Shown: positions 51,216-61,229, numbered from the stretch's first letter. The stretch is DNA of 64,000 nt from Dehalococcoidales bacterium (GCA_041652735.1 JBAZGT010000003.1:49485-113484); one strand, 5' to 3'. Notes: generated by a model not told the origin, from the letters alone. Numbers and translations are program-made.

Positions 51216-53321
51216 CTATATCTCGCGGGCGGCCTGCATCCCGGCGCTCACGGCGTCCGCTATCAGCAGCGGCTCATGGCAGTCGCCGGCGGCGTAAAGC
51301 TCCGGCACCTTGCCCTGGAGGCTATCGTAAAGCGTGGTGTTGGGCACCAGCGGCAGCGCCGGTATAATGGTATCCGCTTTCAGGGACTGCCGGGAGCCGT
51401 CCTTGTTGACGATCATCAGCCCCTGGTCGTTGATTTCCACGTACTCCTTCACCCCGCTTATCAGGGTGACGTCCTTTTTGCGGAACCACTTGAACAGGTA
51501 GGCCTGGATAACATCCACCATCCCCTGTCCCATGTGGGCCGATTGCTCCACGATGGTGACCTGCCGCCCGCGCTTTCTTAAAAACTCCCCCAGCTCGCAG
51601 CCGTGCAGGCTCCCCCCGATAATCACCACCCTTTGCCCGATGGGCAGATAGTATTTGGTCAGCCGCCGCAGCGTGTCCGGCCGGAAAATGCGTAAGTAGG
51701 ACTTGAGCTGGCGGTGCAGCGCGGCGCTGCTCACTACCTTGTGGTTCCGGATGCCTTTTATCTCCGGCATAAACGGCATGCCGCCGGTGGCCACGATAAC
51801 CGCGTCCGGCTTTATCGCCGCTATCAGCTTGGCGTTGACCTGCTTCCCCAGCTTTATTTTCACGCCCAGCTTGACCAGCTGGCGGTGGTAATAGCTGATA
51901 ATTGCCGGCAGGTCTTCCAGCTCCGTGCCTTTCACCATGGCGGCTATCGGCAGCAGCCCGCCCAGCCTCGACTGCTTATCGTAAAGGGTGACGCTGTGTC
52001 CCCGCAGCGCCGCCACCCGGGCGGCTTCCATGCCCGCCGGGCCCGCCCCCACCACTACCACCTTTTTCTTTTTATCGGCTTTATCTATCGTGTTAAAGGT
52101 CTTGCCCATGAAAGCGTTGATGCGGCAGCGCTGGCTGCCCAGGCAGTTCTCGCAGGCGGTGCAGGGCGCGATGTCCTGTAGCCTCCCCGCCGCCACCTTG
52201 TTGGGAAAATCCGGGTCCGCCTGGAGGCGCCGCGTCATGGCTATGAAGTCGGCTTTGCCTTCCCTTAGCGCCTGCTCCCCCAGCGCCGCGTCCAGCTTGC
52301 CCACCACCATCACCGGGATGGATACCAGTTCTTTAATCCCCGCCGCCAGGTTAACGTTAGCCGCCGCCCCCCGCAGGCCGGCGTTGTATTGAGGGGGGAA
52401 GTGGTTGAGCGGGACGATGGGCTCCGGGTAGAAAAGCAGGTCCGGCAGGTAGGCCCCCACGTGATAGCCCAGCCAGTGGCTGCGCACGTGTATCATGTCC
52501 GCCCCGGCCTCCTGTAAAAGCCGCGCCGTCTGGTGGCTTTCTTCCTGGGTCAGGCATTTGTCATCGGCGATGCCGGCGATTTGCCCTGTTTCCACGGCGT
52601 TGATGCAGACGGACACGGGGAAGTCCCGGCCCAGCCGCTTTTTAATCTCTTTGACGATGGCTGTTACCAGGCGGGCGCGGTTGACCTGGCTGCCGCCGTA
52701 GCTGTCCTGCCGCCGGTTCCAGAACGGGGAGAGGAAGTTGTGCAGTAAATGGCTGCTGGCGGCGTTCACGTCCACGCCGTCGAACCCGGCCTGCTGCGCG
52801 CGCACCGCCGCGCTGGCGAATTTATCGATGATGATTTCTATTTCCGGTATGGTAAGCTCCCGCGGCATCTCGTTATGGAAGTCGTTTTCCGACTTCAGCG
52901 AGACGCGGGAGGCGGCAATCGGCGGCCCTTTGAAGGGGGAGTCCGGGGGTACGCCCGGCGCCTCGAAGAGATTGGACTGCCAGGGGCCGTCATGGTTCAT
53001 CTGCATGAAGGTGGGGCAGCCGTATTTGTGGATGATTTTGGGCAACTCGCTCAGCCCCGGCACGTACTTGTCGTCGTCGATACGGTAGCGCGCCCGCCAC
53101 CGCGCCCCGGCCGGGTAGTCTATAGTGGGGGACTCCACGATGAGCAGTCCCACCCCGCCCCGCGCCAGCGATTCGTAGTACGCCAGCACCTTGCCGTTCA
53201 TGGTAGTCTCGTCCTCGTGCCACATCATCACCCCCGCCCCGGTCTTGACGATGCGGTTCCGCGTCATCACCGACCCTATTTTGCCGGGCTCCATCAGCCT
53301 CTCGAATTTCCTCGTAGCCAT
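51216..53321 (-). CDS. OYE-like FMN/Fe-S/FAD oxidoreductase (2,4-dienoyl-CoA reductase / enoate reductase family)
   Basis: 701 aa with an N-terminal OYE TIM barrel, the CTACENCLGSQRC...4Fe-4S motif, and a C-terminal VVVVGAGPAGMEAA dinucleotide fold. Confidence 0.9.
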   Translation of the reverse strand: MATRKFERLMEPGKIGSVMTRNRIVKTGAGVMMWHEDETTMNGKVLAYYESLARGGVGLLIVESPTIDYPAGARWRARYRIDDDKYVPGLSELPKIIHKYGCPTFMQMNHDGPWQSNLFEAPGVPPDSPFKGPPIAASRVSLKSENDFHNEMPRELTIPEIEIIIDKFASAAVRAQQAGFDGVDVNAASSHLLHNFLSPFWNRRQDSYGGSQVNRARLVTAIVKEIKKRLGRDFPVSVCINAVETGQIAGIADDKCLTQEESHQTARLLQEAGADMIHVRSHWLGYHVGAYLPDLLFYPEPIVPLNHFPPQYNAGLRGAAANVNLAAGIKELVSIPVMVVGKLDAALGEQALREGKADFIAMTRRLQADPDFPNKVAAGRLQDIAPCTACENCLGSQRCRINAFMGKTFNTIDKADKKKKVVVVGAGPAGMEAARVAALRGHSVTLYDKQSRLGGLLPIAAMVKGTELEDLPAIISYYHRQLVKLGVKIKLGKQVNAKLIAAIKPDAVIVATGGMPFMPEIKGIRNHKVVSSAALHRQLKSYLRIFRPDTLRRLTKYYLPIGQRVVIIGGSLHGCELGEFLRKRGRQVTIVEQSAHMGQGMVDVIQAYLFKWFRKKDVTLISGVKEYVEINDQGLMIVNKDGSRQSLKADTIIPALPLVPNTTLYDSLQGKVPELYAAGDCHEPLLIADAVSAGMQAAREI

Positions 53322-53433
53322 ATATCTTCTCTCCGTTTGATTCTTGGCTATATACTAGCATTTTTCCCCGGAATTTCATACAATTATTCAGCAGTCATAC
53401 TGCATACCCCGCTGCTTGCAGAAAGGAACACTC

Positions 53434-54246
53434 ATGCTCTCTTACACGGAAGGCTATCTCACCATAGAAGGTGTTAAAATCCACTACTACCGCACCGGCG
53501 GCGCCAGGCCCCCTTTCCTCCTGCTCCACGGGGCGGCGGATAACGGCCTCTGCTGGACGCCCACGGCTGAATGGCTGTCAGACCGCTACGATGTCATCAT
53601 GCCGGACGCCCAGGGCCACGGCCTTTCCGACCGACTGGACGCGGACTTTTCTTATCAGAAGCTTACGGACCAGGCGGTGGGGCTGATAAAAGCGCTGGGC
53701 TTGAAAAAGCCGCTTATCATGGGGCATTCCATGGGGGCGGGCACGGTGCTGAACATCGCCGCCGGACACCCCTCCATCCCCGGCGCGGTTATCTGGGAAG
53801 ACCCGGCCTGGTACGCGCCGGATACCCCTCCCGTTTCCAAAGAGGAGCTGGCGGAACGGGACGCTTTCTGGAAACACCTGGCGGACCTGGGTAAACGCCC
53901 TGAAGCGGAAATTGTCGCCTCCTGCCGCGCCCAGAACCCCGGCTGGTCGGAAGCGGATATCGTTTCCTGGTCCAGAGCCAAGCTCCAGTTCGACCCCTCT
54001 CTCAGAGACTATGAGCTGATAAACCCGCGCACCTACGTGGAGTTGGTGCCGCAAATAAAGTGCCCCGCCCTCCTCATCATCGCCGATGGCGGCATCGTCA
54101 CCAAATCCGTCGCCGAACACGCCGCCCGACTCGGTAAAAACCTGAAGTGGGTGGAGATAAAGGGCGCCGACCATTTTGTCCGCAAGGAGCGGTTCGCGGC
54201 GTTCCGGCAGGCCCTGGCCGCTTTCCTGGATACCCTGCCCGCTTAA
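53434..54246 (+). CDS. alpha/beta hydrolase
   Basis: ATG 53434 (the track start 53416 is TTG). HGAADNG oxyanion region and GHSMGAG nucleophile elbow. Confidence 0.85.
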   Translation: MLSYTEGYLTIEGVKIHYYRTGGARPPFLLLHGAADNGLCWTPTAEWLSDRYDVIMPDAQGHGLSDRLDADFSYQKLTDQAVGLIKALGLKKPLIMGHSMGAGTVLNIAAGHPSIPGAVIWEDPAWYAPDTPPVSKEELAERDAFWKHLADLGKRPEAEIVASCRAQNPGWSEADIVSWSRAKLQFDPSLRDYELINPRTYVELVPQIKCPALLIIADGGIVTKSVAEHAARLGKNLKWVEIKGADHFVRKERFAAFRQALAAFLDTLPA

Positions 54247-54286
54247 AAAAACAAATTAGACGCTACTATACCCGCCGGAGGCGACC

Positions 54287-56764
54287 ATGGAAGAACGCAT
54301 TGCCGCGCTGCTGTGTAAAATGACTCTGGAGGAGAAAATATCCCTCCTGGCCGGTGTGGATAACTGGCATACCCGGCCCGTTAAGCGCCTGGGCATTCCC
54401 GCTATCAAGGTTACGGACGGGCCCCACGGCGCCCGCACCGCGGACGAAAGTAATCCTAACGAGACCCTACCCGCCACCTGTTTCCCCACCGGCGTGGCCC
54501 TGGCCGCCACCTGGAACACCGACCTCATTAAAAAGGTGGGCGTGGCTCTGGGAAAGGAAACCCGGGCGCGCGGCTGTTCCGTTTTGCTCGGCCCCTGCGT
54601 CAATATCCACCGCTCCCCCCTTGGCGGCCGCAACTTTGAAAGCTATTCGGAAGACCCCTGCCTGTCCTCGCGGCTGGCCGTGGCTATCGTCTCCGGCATC
54701 CAAAGCCGGAAGGTCAGCGTCTGCGTCAAGCACTTCGCCCTGAACAACCAGGAGTACCAGCGCATGACTATCAGTTCCGATGTGTCGGAACGCGCCATGC
54801 GGGAAATCTATTTCCCTTCTTTTGCCAAAGCGGTCAAAGAGGCCGGGGCCTGGGCCGTGATGTGCTCTTACAACAGGGTGAACGGCGTATACGCCTCCGC
54901 CAACCGCCGGCTGCTGACCGACCTTTTGAAGGGGGAATGGGGCTTTGAGGGGCTGGTGATGTCGGACTGGTTTGCCGTCCACAGCACCGTGCCCGCCGCC
55001 AAGGCCGGCCTGGACCTGGAAATGCCCGGCCCGGCGCTGTATTTTAATGAAACCTTGCTGGAAGCGGTCAAACAGGGCCAAGTGCCCGTTGATATTATCG
55101 ACGATAAGGTGCGGCGGCTTTTACGGCTTATGTTTAACACCGGCGCTTTTGAAGAAGATATTAAAGTCGCCGGCGCCGTTAAGGACTTCCCCGCCCACCG
55201 CCGCCTCGCCCGCGCCGCGGCGGAAGAGGCCATCGTCTTATTGAAGAATGAAAGGAACGTCCTGCCGCTTGATAGAAAGTCGGTCAGGACCATCGCCGTC
55301 ATCGGGCCCCAGGCCGCGGTCGCTGGTATCCAGGGCGGCGGCAGCGCCGAGGTGCGGCCGTACTATAAAGTGTCGCCGCTGGCGGCCCTGCAAAAGCTCT
55401 GCGGCGATAAGGTAAAAATAATCTACGAGCTCGGCTGCCCCAGCAATATCTATACCCTGCCCCTCGACCCCGCTTGCCTGATTTCCGCTAAAGGCAGCAA
55501 AAAACCCGGCCTGACCGCCGCCTACTACGGCAACAGCGATTTTGTCGGTAAGCCCGCCCTCACGCGGGTGGATACCGATTTCGATTTCCGCTGGACGCCG
55601 GACGCCCCCCCGGTCGAATGCTCAGGCGGGACGGACTTCTCCGTGCGCTGGCAGGGCATTTTCAAAGCGCCGGAAACCGGCCTCTTCCGGTTCGGTCTGG
55701 CGGCCAACGGCTGGGGGCGGCTTTATATCGACGATACTTTAGTCTGCGGCAACTGGGGCGAGCGCCGGGGCGGCGCGGACTTTCACGTTACCGAATCTAC
55801 CGGTGAGTATGCCATGAAGTCCGGCCGTTCTTACGCTATCAAAATTGAGTTCCGCAAAAACGACTTCGAGCAATTCCCCCGGCGCTCCATCAGAATCGGC
55901 TGTGATTTGCCCCGCCCCGATGACCTCCTCGAACGCGCCGCTAAAGCCGCCGCCGGGGCGGATGTCGCTATCGTTTTTACCGGCCTGACGGAAGAGTACG
56001 AGAGCGAGGGGTTCGATAGAAAAAACATGGACCTGCCGCCGGGGCAGAGCGCGCTTATCCGCGCCGTGGCCAAAGCCAACCCCAATACGGTGGTCGTCCT
56101 GAACAACGGCGCGCCGGTGACCATGGCGGACTGGATTGATGACGTTCCCGCCGTGGTTGACGCCCTCTTTCCCGGCCAGGAAGGCGGGAATGCCGTGGCC
56201 GCCGTGCTCTTCGGGGACGTGAATCCCTCCGGTAAGCTGCCGGACACTTACCCCCGCCGCCTGGAGGACAACCCCGTCTTTATCAATTACCCCGGCGAAA
56301 GCGGTAAGGTGCTCTACGGCGAGGGCATCTACGTGGGCTATAGGTATTATGACGCCAAAAAGGTTGAGCCTTTATTCCCCTTCGGGCACGGCCTGTCTTA
56401 CACCGGCTTCAAGTACGGCAATCTCAAGGTTTCTCCGGCTAAAGCTAAAGTTGGACAAAAAATAGCCGTCAGCATAGATATTACCAATACCGGCCAAACG
56501 GCTGGCAAAGAGGTGGTGCAGCTTTACGTATCGGATGTCGTTTGCCGCCTCGCCCGCCCGCCCCGGGAGCTTAAAGCCTTTAAGAAAATCAGACTGGCCT
56601 CCGGCGCGACGCAGACGGTGACTTTCACGCTGGATGATGAAGTCTTCTCCTTCTACGACCCCGCCCTTAAGGACTGGACGGTTGAGCCCGGCGATTTTGA
56701 GATTTTAGTGGGGAGTTCTTCCAGGGATATCCGGGCTAAAAAGACTGTCAGCCTGGACGCCTGA
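54287..56764 (+). CDS. glycoside hydrolase family 3 beta-glucosidase with inserted PA14 domain and C-terminal Fn3-like domain
   Basis: 825 aa with KVTDGPHGAR, GFEGLVMSDW (nucleophile Asp region), and the PA14-like FSVRWQGIFKAPETGLFRFGLAANGWGRLYIDD. Confidence 0.9.
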   Translation: MEERIAALLCKMTLEEKISLLAGVDNWHTRPVKRLGIPAIKVTDGPHGARTADESNPNETLPATCFPTGVALAATWNTDLIKKVGVALGKETRARGCSVLLGPCVNIHRSPLGGRNFESYSEDPCLSSRLAVAIVSGIQSRKVSVCVKHFALNNQEYQRMTISSDVSERAMREIYFPSFAKAVKEAGAWAVMCSYNRVNGVYASANRRLLTDLLKGEWGFEGLVMSDWFAVHSTVPAAKAGLDLEMPGPALYFNETLLEAVKQGQVPVDIIDDKVRRLLRLMFNTGAFEEDIKVAGAVKDFPAHRRLARAAAEEAIVLLKNERNVLPLDRKSVRTIAVIGPQAAVAGIQGGGSAEVRPYYKVSPLAALQKLCGDKVKIIYELGCPSNIYTLPLDPACLISAKGSKKPGLTAAYYGNSDFVGKPALTRVDTDFDFRWTPDAPPVECSGGTDFSVRWQGIFKAPETGLFRFGLAANGWGRLYIDDTLVCGNWGERRGGADFHVTESTGEYAMKSGRSYAIKIEFRKNDFEQFPRRSIRIGCDLPRPDDLLERAAKAAAGADVAIVFTGLTEEYESEGFDRKNMDLPPGQSALIRAVAKANPNTVVVLNNGAPVTMADWIDDVPAVVDALFPGQEGGNAVAAVLFGDVNPSGKLPDTYPRRLEDNPVFINYPGESGKVLYGEGIYVGYRYYDAKKVEPLFPFGHGLSYTGFKYGNLKVSPAKAKVGQKIAVSIDITNTGQTAGKEVVQLYVSDVVCRLARPPRELKAFKKIRLASGATQTVTFTLDDEVFSFYDPALKDWTVEPGDFEILVGSSSRDIRAKKTVSLDA

Positions 56765-56781
56765 TGTGCGGCGATCCCCCG

Positions 56782-57489
56782 CTATTGGTAATTCGCGCCC
56801 CAGTAAATGATGTTGATGACCCTGCCGAACACCCATTGGAAAAGCGGCGAGAAAGCGTACCAGGCCAGTATCAGGCCGATGAATCCGAACAGCGGATTGG
56901 CAATAAATTTCCGGTATTTACGGGCGGTGTCCTCGCTCATGAATAGAGAAATTACACCGCTGCCGTCCAGCGGCGGCAGGGGAAACAGGTTTAGAATCAC
57001 CAGTATCAGGTTCAGCATGAACAAAATGCTGATGAAGGTGGCAAACCCGTCCAGCCTGACTGACGTGGCATCCACGATGTGCTGGATATTGGCGGTATAG
57101 GGTGCCGCGAAAAAGCCGATTTGTATGCCCAGTTTGATGATGATTACGGCGAAAATCGCCAGCAGCAGGTTCGCCGCCGGGCCCGCCGCCGCCATCCAGG
57201 CGGCTTTCCGCGGGTGCTGGTGCGCCCATGTCGGGTCATAAGGCGTACGCGCGAACCCGAAAGGCCACCCTATGGCGAACGCTGATATCAGCGGCAGTAC
57301 CACCATGCCCCACGGTTCCCGCTTGATGTGCGGCCAGGGGTTCAGGGATACCTGCCCCCCGGTATATGCGGTAAGGTCGCCGCCTTTTTTGGCGGCCCAG
57401 GCGTGGGCGGCTTCATGAAAGGTGACCGAAATTACAAAGACGAAATACCAGGCGAGCGCGTAGATGACCCTCGTGGACTCTCCCTGCAT
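56782..57489 (-). CDS. site-2 protease family (peptidase M50) membrane metalloprotease
   Basis: 235 aa, polytopic, with the HEAAHAW (HExxH) motif inside the first TM region and the NLFPLPPLDG motif. Confidence 0.8.
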   Translation of the reverse strand: MQGESTRVIYALAWYFVFVISVTFHEAAHAWAAKKGGDLTAYTGGQVSLNPWPHIKREPWGMVVLPLISAFAIGWPFGFARTPYDPTWAHQHPRKAAWMAAAGPAANLLLAIFAVIIIKLGIQIGFFAAPYTANIQHIVDATSVRLDGFATFISILFMLNLILVILNLFPLPPLDGSGVISLFMSEDTARKYRKFIANPLFGFIGLILAWYAFSPLFQWVFGRVINIIYWGANYQ

Positions 57490-57572
57490 CTAAATCACCG
57501 GGGCAGACGTTTTGAACGATAAAGACATTTTGGCGTTATTATATGGGGACGATGCCGCTTTGTTAAAAACGC

Positions 57573-57920
57573 TTACTTGCCCCGCCCCGCCCCCTCCTTG
57601 CATTCCTTTTTATCCGGCCCCGGCTGCCATTTGGCGCAGCAGGCCGGCTTCACCTCGTGGATGGCGCAGGCCGCCAGCCCGTTATCGAACTGGAGAAAAG
57701 CGCAGGCGCCGTTGACGTGGCGTATCAGCCGGTACTCGGAATACTGCCAGCGCCGGTCGTCGTAAAGCTCTTCCCAGTCGCTCTCCGTTATCCCCAGGTA
57801 ACTTAAAATTCTTTCCGTATCCTGCGGCGTCACGAAGGCCTGGTGCATGGTGCAGCACATACCGCAGCGCCGGCAGGGCATAGCCCCGGGTTCTTTTCCG
57901 GGAACGTTATCTTTTACCAT
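57573..57920 (-). CDS. YkgJ-family cysteine-cluster (zinc/iron-chelating) protein
   Basis: 115 aa with CRRCGMCC and further conserved Cys (CAF, CAIH, CC). Confidence 0.7.
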   Translation of the reverse strand: MVKDNVPGKEPGAMPCRRCGMCCTMHQAFVTPQDTERILSYLGITESDWEELYDDRRWQYSEYRLIRHVNGACAFLQFDNGLAACAIHEVKPACCAKWQPGPDKKECKEGAGRGK

Positions 57921-57921
57921 G

Positions 57922-58476
57922 TTACTTTACGATGCTGCTTATCTGCTTGAATTTGTCCGTCCCGGCCGCCTTGAGCAGCTCGAACAAAGCCGTTTCGACG
58001 GTGGTGGGGCTGATGCCCGCCGCCCCCATCTTGAAAAGCGCCGTCAGTTTGTTCTCGGGGTCGCGGGAGGCCGCGGCGTCGCTCACTACCTGCGCCTGGT
58101 ATCCCTCCCGCGCCAGCGCCATCGCCGTCTGGTACACGCAGATATGCGCCTCGATGCCGGCTATCAGCACCTGCTTGCGCTTTAGCGATGCCACCGCCGC
58201 CCCGAACTCCGGCGCGTCACAGCAGGAGAAGCAGACTTTCTCTACCGGTTTGACGTCCGGTAAAAGCTCTTTAATCTCCGGGATGGTGGGGCCCAGCCCC
58301 CTGGGGTACTGCTCGGTGATGATTACCGGCGCTTCCAGCACCTTTATCCCCCTGATAAGCTTGAGGAGGTTACGCAGCAGTTTTTCTTTATCGTGCATCA
58401 CCGGGAAAAGCCTCTCCTGGAAGTCGATAAGCAGCAGCACGGTATTGGCGGCATCCAGCGCCGGCGGTACGTTCAT
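57922..58476 (-). CDS. isochorismatase-family cysteine hydrolase
   Basis: 184 aa with LLLIDFQ (Asp) and GIEAHICV (Cys) motifs. Confidence 0.8.
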   Translation of the reverse strand: MNVPPALDAANTVLLLIDFQERLFPVMHDKEKLLRNLLKLIRGIKVLEAPVIITEQYPRGLGPTIPEIKELLPDVKPVEKVCFSCCDAPEFGAAVASLKRKQVLIAGIEAHICVYQTAMALAREGYQAQVVSDAAASRDPENKLTALFKMGAAGISPTTVETALFELLKAAGTDKFKQISSIVK

Positions 58477-58731
58477 GTTATTTCTCCTTATGGTTATTGC
58501 GGGTGAAGCGCGGCCATTTCTGTCCCGGCCTATCGCTAAATCCTGTATTTTCCCACGCTGTTCGGCGTCAGCTCGATGTTTCCAGTATAAATTCCATCCC
58601 GGCGCCTGTCAAAAAGCCCTGTCTATTACTTACCCTCTTGCCCCCGAGAGATAAATGTCCTATAATCAATATCCCGCTTCCTGTTGCCATAATATGTAAC
58701 ATTATCGTTGTTGCGAAGGAGGAGTACGGTA

Positions 58732-59271
58732 ATGCATAACCAGCAGTGGCTGTTGCTCGCGGTCATGGCTGTCTGCGGCGCCGCCGTCATCGGCAGCTAT
58801 GTCCGGGGTTTTCACACGCACCCCGGCAGCGCGGAAAAGCTCTGGGGTGGGGTTACCGGCGGCTTGAGAACGTTCAATTTCGTTACCATGATACTGGCGG
58901 TTTTCGGCTTCTTTGCCTTCAGCTACTGGCTCTTTTTCCGCCTGGACCCCGCTGACATCCAGATTGCCGGGCGCTTCGGCTTCTGGCTGTTCGATGTCAT
59001 CTTCCTGGTTATTCTCATTCCTTCCGCCCTGTGGATGCCGCTGACTATCGCCTATGTGGACCATCCCGGCCCCGGTCTCTGGGTCGGCGTCCGCCTGGCG
59101 CTGGCGCTGGTCGGTATCGGTTCCCTGGCGCTGCTCTGGGCTATTCTGGCCGTCAGCCCGCGGGAGGCCGGCACGGCTTACTGGCTGGCGGTAGCGGGCG
59201 CCGCCGCTTTTTGCGTGCAGACCGCGGTGCTGGATATGCTGGTCTGGCCAATGCTGTTCCGCGCCCGGTAG
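58732..59271 (+). CDS. hypothetical integral membrane protein
   Basis: ATG 58732 follows gaaggagg. About 5 TM helices, no motif recognised. Confidence 0.5.
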   Translation: MHNQQWLLLAVMAVCGAAVIGSYVRGFHTHPGSAEKLWGGVTGGLRTFNFVTMILAVFGFFAFSYWLFFRLDPADIQIAGRFGFWLFDVIFLVILIPSALWMPLTIAYVDHPGPGLWVGVRLALALVGIGSLALLWAILAVSPREAGTAYWLAVAGAAAFCVQTAVLDMLVWPMLFRAR

Positions 59272-59297
59272 GGCCGGGCTTGCATTAAAGCAAAAGT

Positions 59298-60137
59298 TTA
59301 GCCGGACTGCCTCAATCCCACCAGCAGCACGCCCGGCCCGCCGTGGACTCCCAGCCCCGCTCCCATCTCCATTACCCGGATTTTTTCCTCCGGGAAGAGC
59401 CGTCCCAGCCGTTTTTTGAACTCGGCGGCTTTTTCCGGTATGGCGCTGTGGGTGATGACCAGCTCCGCTATGTCCTTTTTTTCCTGGACGAACTCATAAA
59501 GCTTTTCCGCCCCGCGCGTGAAGCTGCGCACCAGCCCCGTCCTTACTATCTCTCCGTCCCGGAAAGCCAGCATGGGCTTGACGTTAAGGATATTGGCCGC
59601 CGCCACTATCGCCCGCGGCACCCGCCCGCTCCAGGCCAGGTACTTCATCGTGTCGAACATGCCCAGCATGTGTACCTGCCCGATAACCTTCCGCACTTCT
59701 TCCGCGATTGTTTTCAGGTCTTTCTTTCCCCCGGCCAGCCTGGCCGCGGCCATCGCCACCAGCGCCAGCCCCGCCGAATTGAACCTGGAGTCGATAACTT
59801 CGATAGGGCACCGGCTTTCCACCGCTTTCTTGGCCAGCAGCGCCGCGTTACAGGTGCCGCTTATTTTGGACGAGATATGCACGGAGATAATGCCGTCGGC
59901 CCGGCCGCAGTACTCCCGGTACGCCAGCTCGAAGTCCTCCGGCGTCGGCTGTGAGGTTGCCGGGTGCAGCCGCGAATCGGTAAGCAGCCGGAAAAACTCG
60001 TCGGTCTTTATGTCCACGCCGTCGCGCAGCAGCCGGTCGCCGAAGCGCACGTATATCGGAATCACCCTGATGCCGAGCTCCGTCGCCAGCTCCTGCGGTA
60101 TATCGGAGGTGCTGTCTGTTATCACCTGTATAGTCAT
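59298..60137 (-). CDS. DegV-family fatty-acid-binding protein
   Basis: 279 aa, MTIQVITDSTSDIP... typical DegV N-terminus. Starts 13 nt downstream of the heliorhodopsin stop. Confidence 0.85.
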   Translation of the reverse strand: MTIQVITDSTSDIPQELATELGIRVIPIYVRFGDRLLRDGVDIKTDEFFRLLTDSRLHPATSQPTPEDFELAYREYCGRADGIISVHISSKISGTCNAALLAKKAVESRCPIEVIDSRFNSAGLALVAMAAARLAGGKKDLKTIAEEVRKVIGQVHMLGMFDTMKYLAWSGRVPRAIVAAANILNVKPMLAFRDGEIVRTGLVRSFTRGAEKLYEFVQEKKDIAELVITHSAIPEKAAEFKKRLGRLFPEEKIRVMEMGAGLGVHGGPGVLLVGLRQSG

Positions 60138-60150
60138 GCTGTCCCCCGCC

Positions 60151-60924
60151 CTACACCGGCCGCAAAGTGCCCGCGAAGACCTGCCAGGCCAGGGCGGACT
60201 TGGCTATCAGGCTCAGCAGGATATACATCCGCTCCCCGAAGATGTAGTCCCGCCACTTGCCCGCCTTTTTGTATTGCAGCACCATATTGACCGCGAAGCA
60301 GAAAAAGAACACGAACAGCGTGGGCAGGATGGCGTAAACGAACTTGGGCACGCCCTCGTCCGCTTTGGCCAGCGACCCGAAGAAGTAGATGGCGATAGCC
60401 ACCCACGGCACCGCCCCCGCGATGCACCCCACCACGTAAGACGTCCAGTTGGTCTTTGCCGTGGTCTGGTTGTGGACTTCCATTACCAGGCCGCAGAGGT
60501 TCATCACGCCCGTAAGCGCGAAGGCCATCAAAAGCGCGCCGAGGTCGTATACGCCGCAGAGCATCCCTATCAGCACTATCATCAGGGAGGCGCTCAGGGA
60601 ATACTCGTACCAGCGGGCGTAGTTGATGCCCTTTTTGAGGTTTTTCACGTACCACCCGAACGCCACCGGCGAGGCGACGGTAAAATGCGCCGCGGCGGAG
60701 AGCAGCAGGAATACCGCCACCAGTAGGCCGAAAGGCAGGTTGACCAGCACGCTGGTCTCCGGCCAGAGCTTGCCCGTGCCCTGGTTCAGCGTCAGGAAGG
60801 AAGTGGTGATGGGTAGCTTGAAGTCATTGGAAAGGAGAATGATAAGTAAACCCTGGACGAGGTGCAGGAAACCCATGAAGAGATTGTAGAGGCGGAGCCG
60901 GTTAAACTGCGGCTCATATCCCAT
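60151..60924 (-). CDS. heliorhodopsin
   Basis: ATG 60924 follows AAGGAGGG. 257 aa, 7 TM. The blocks RWYEYSLSASLMIVLI, GCIAGAVPWVAIAIYF and ERMYILLSLIAKSALAWQVFAGTLRPV match heliorhodopsin 48C12 as remembered, including the Schiff-base Lys (SLIAKSALAW), the counter-ion Glu (YEYS) and both conserved His. Confidence 0.88.
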   Translation of the reverse strand: MGYEPQFNRLRLYNLFMGFLHLVQGLLIILLSNDFKLPITTSFLTLNQGTGKLWPETSVLVNLPFGLLVAVFLLLSAAAHFTVASPVAFGWYVKNLKKGINYARWYEYSLSASLMIVLIGMLCGVYDLGALLMAFALTGVMNLCGLVMEVHNQTTAKTNWTSYVVGCIAGAVPWVAIAIYFFGSLAKADEGVPKFVYAILPTLFVFFFCFAVNMVLQYKKAGKWRDYIFGERMYILLSLIAKSALAWQVFAGTLRPV

Positions 60925-61086
60925 ATAACCCTCCTTTTTACGGTCGGCTACTCCATGTTTTAATAATATATTCGCCCCGGCGGATTTAGTCAATATGTAC
61001 AAATAAACCGCCGCCCGCCGCCGCGCCGGGGCGGGCACTTACCTAATGCTGGTACTAACAGCTATAAAATATAATGTCAAACCCTA

Positions 61087-61115
61087 TTGCAAAAACGAAT
61101 GTTCCAGTATATAAT
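61087..61115 (+). promoter_or_regulatory. consensus-like sigma70 promoter
   Basis: TTGCAA, 17-nt spacer, TATAAT, about 115 nt upstream of the GTG at 61230. Confidence 0.5.
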
Positions 61116-61229
61116 ATCCAACGGTGGTTTTCAGTCTAGGTTATCGCAAATGCATATACTTTACCTTATCCCGACCCTGATACGGATGACCTTAGCTCTA
61201 ACCAACTAACAGAAGAAAGGAGGTCATCC

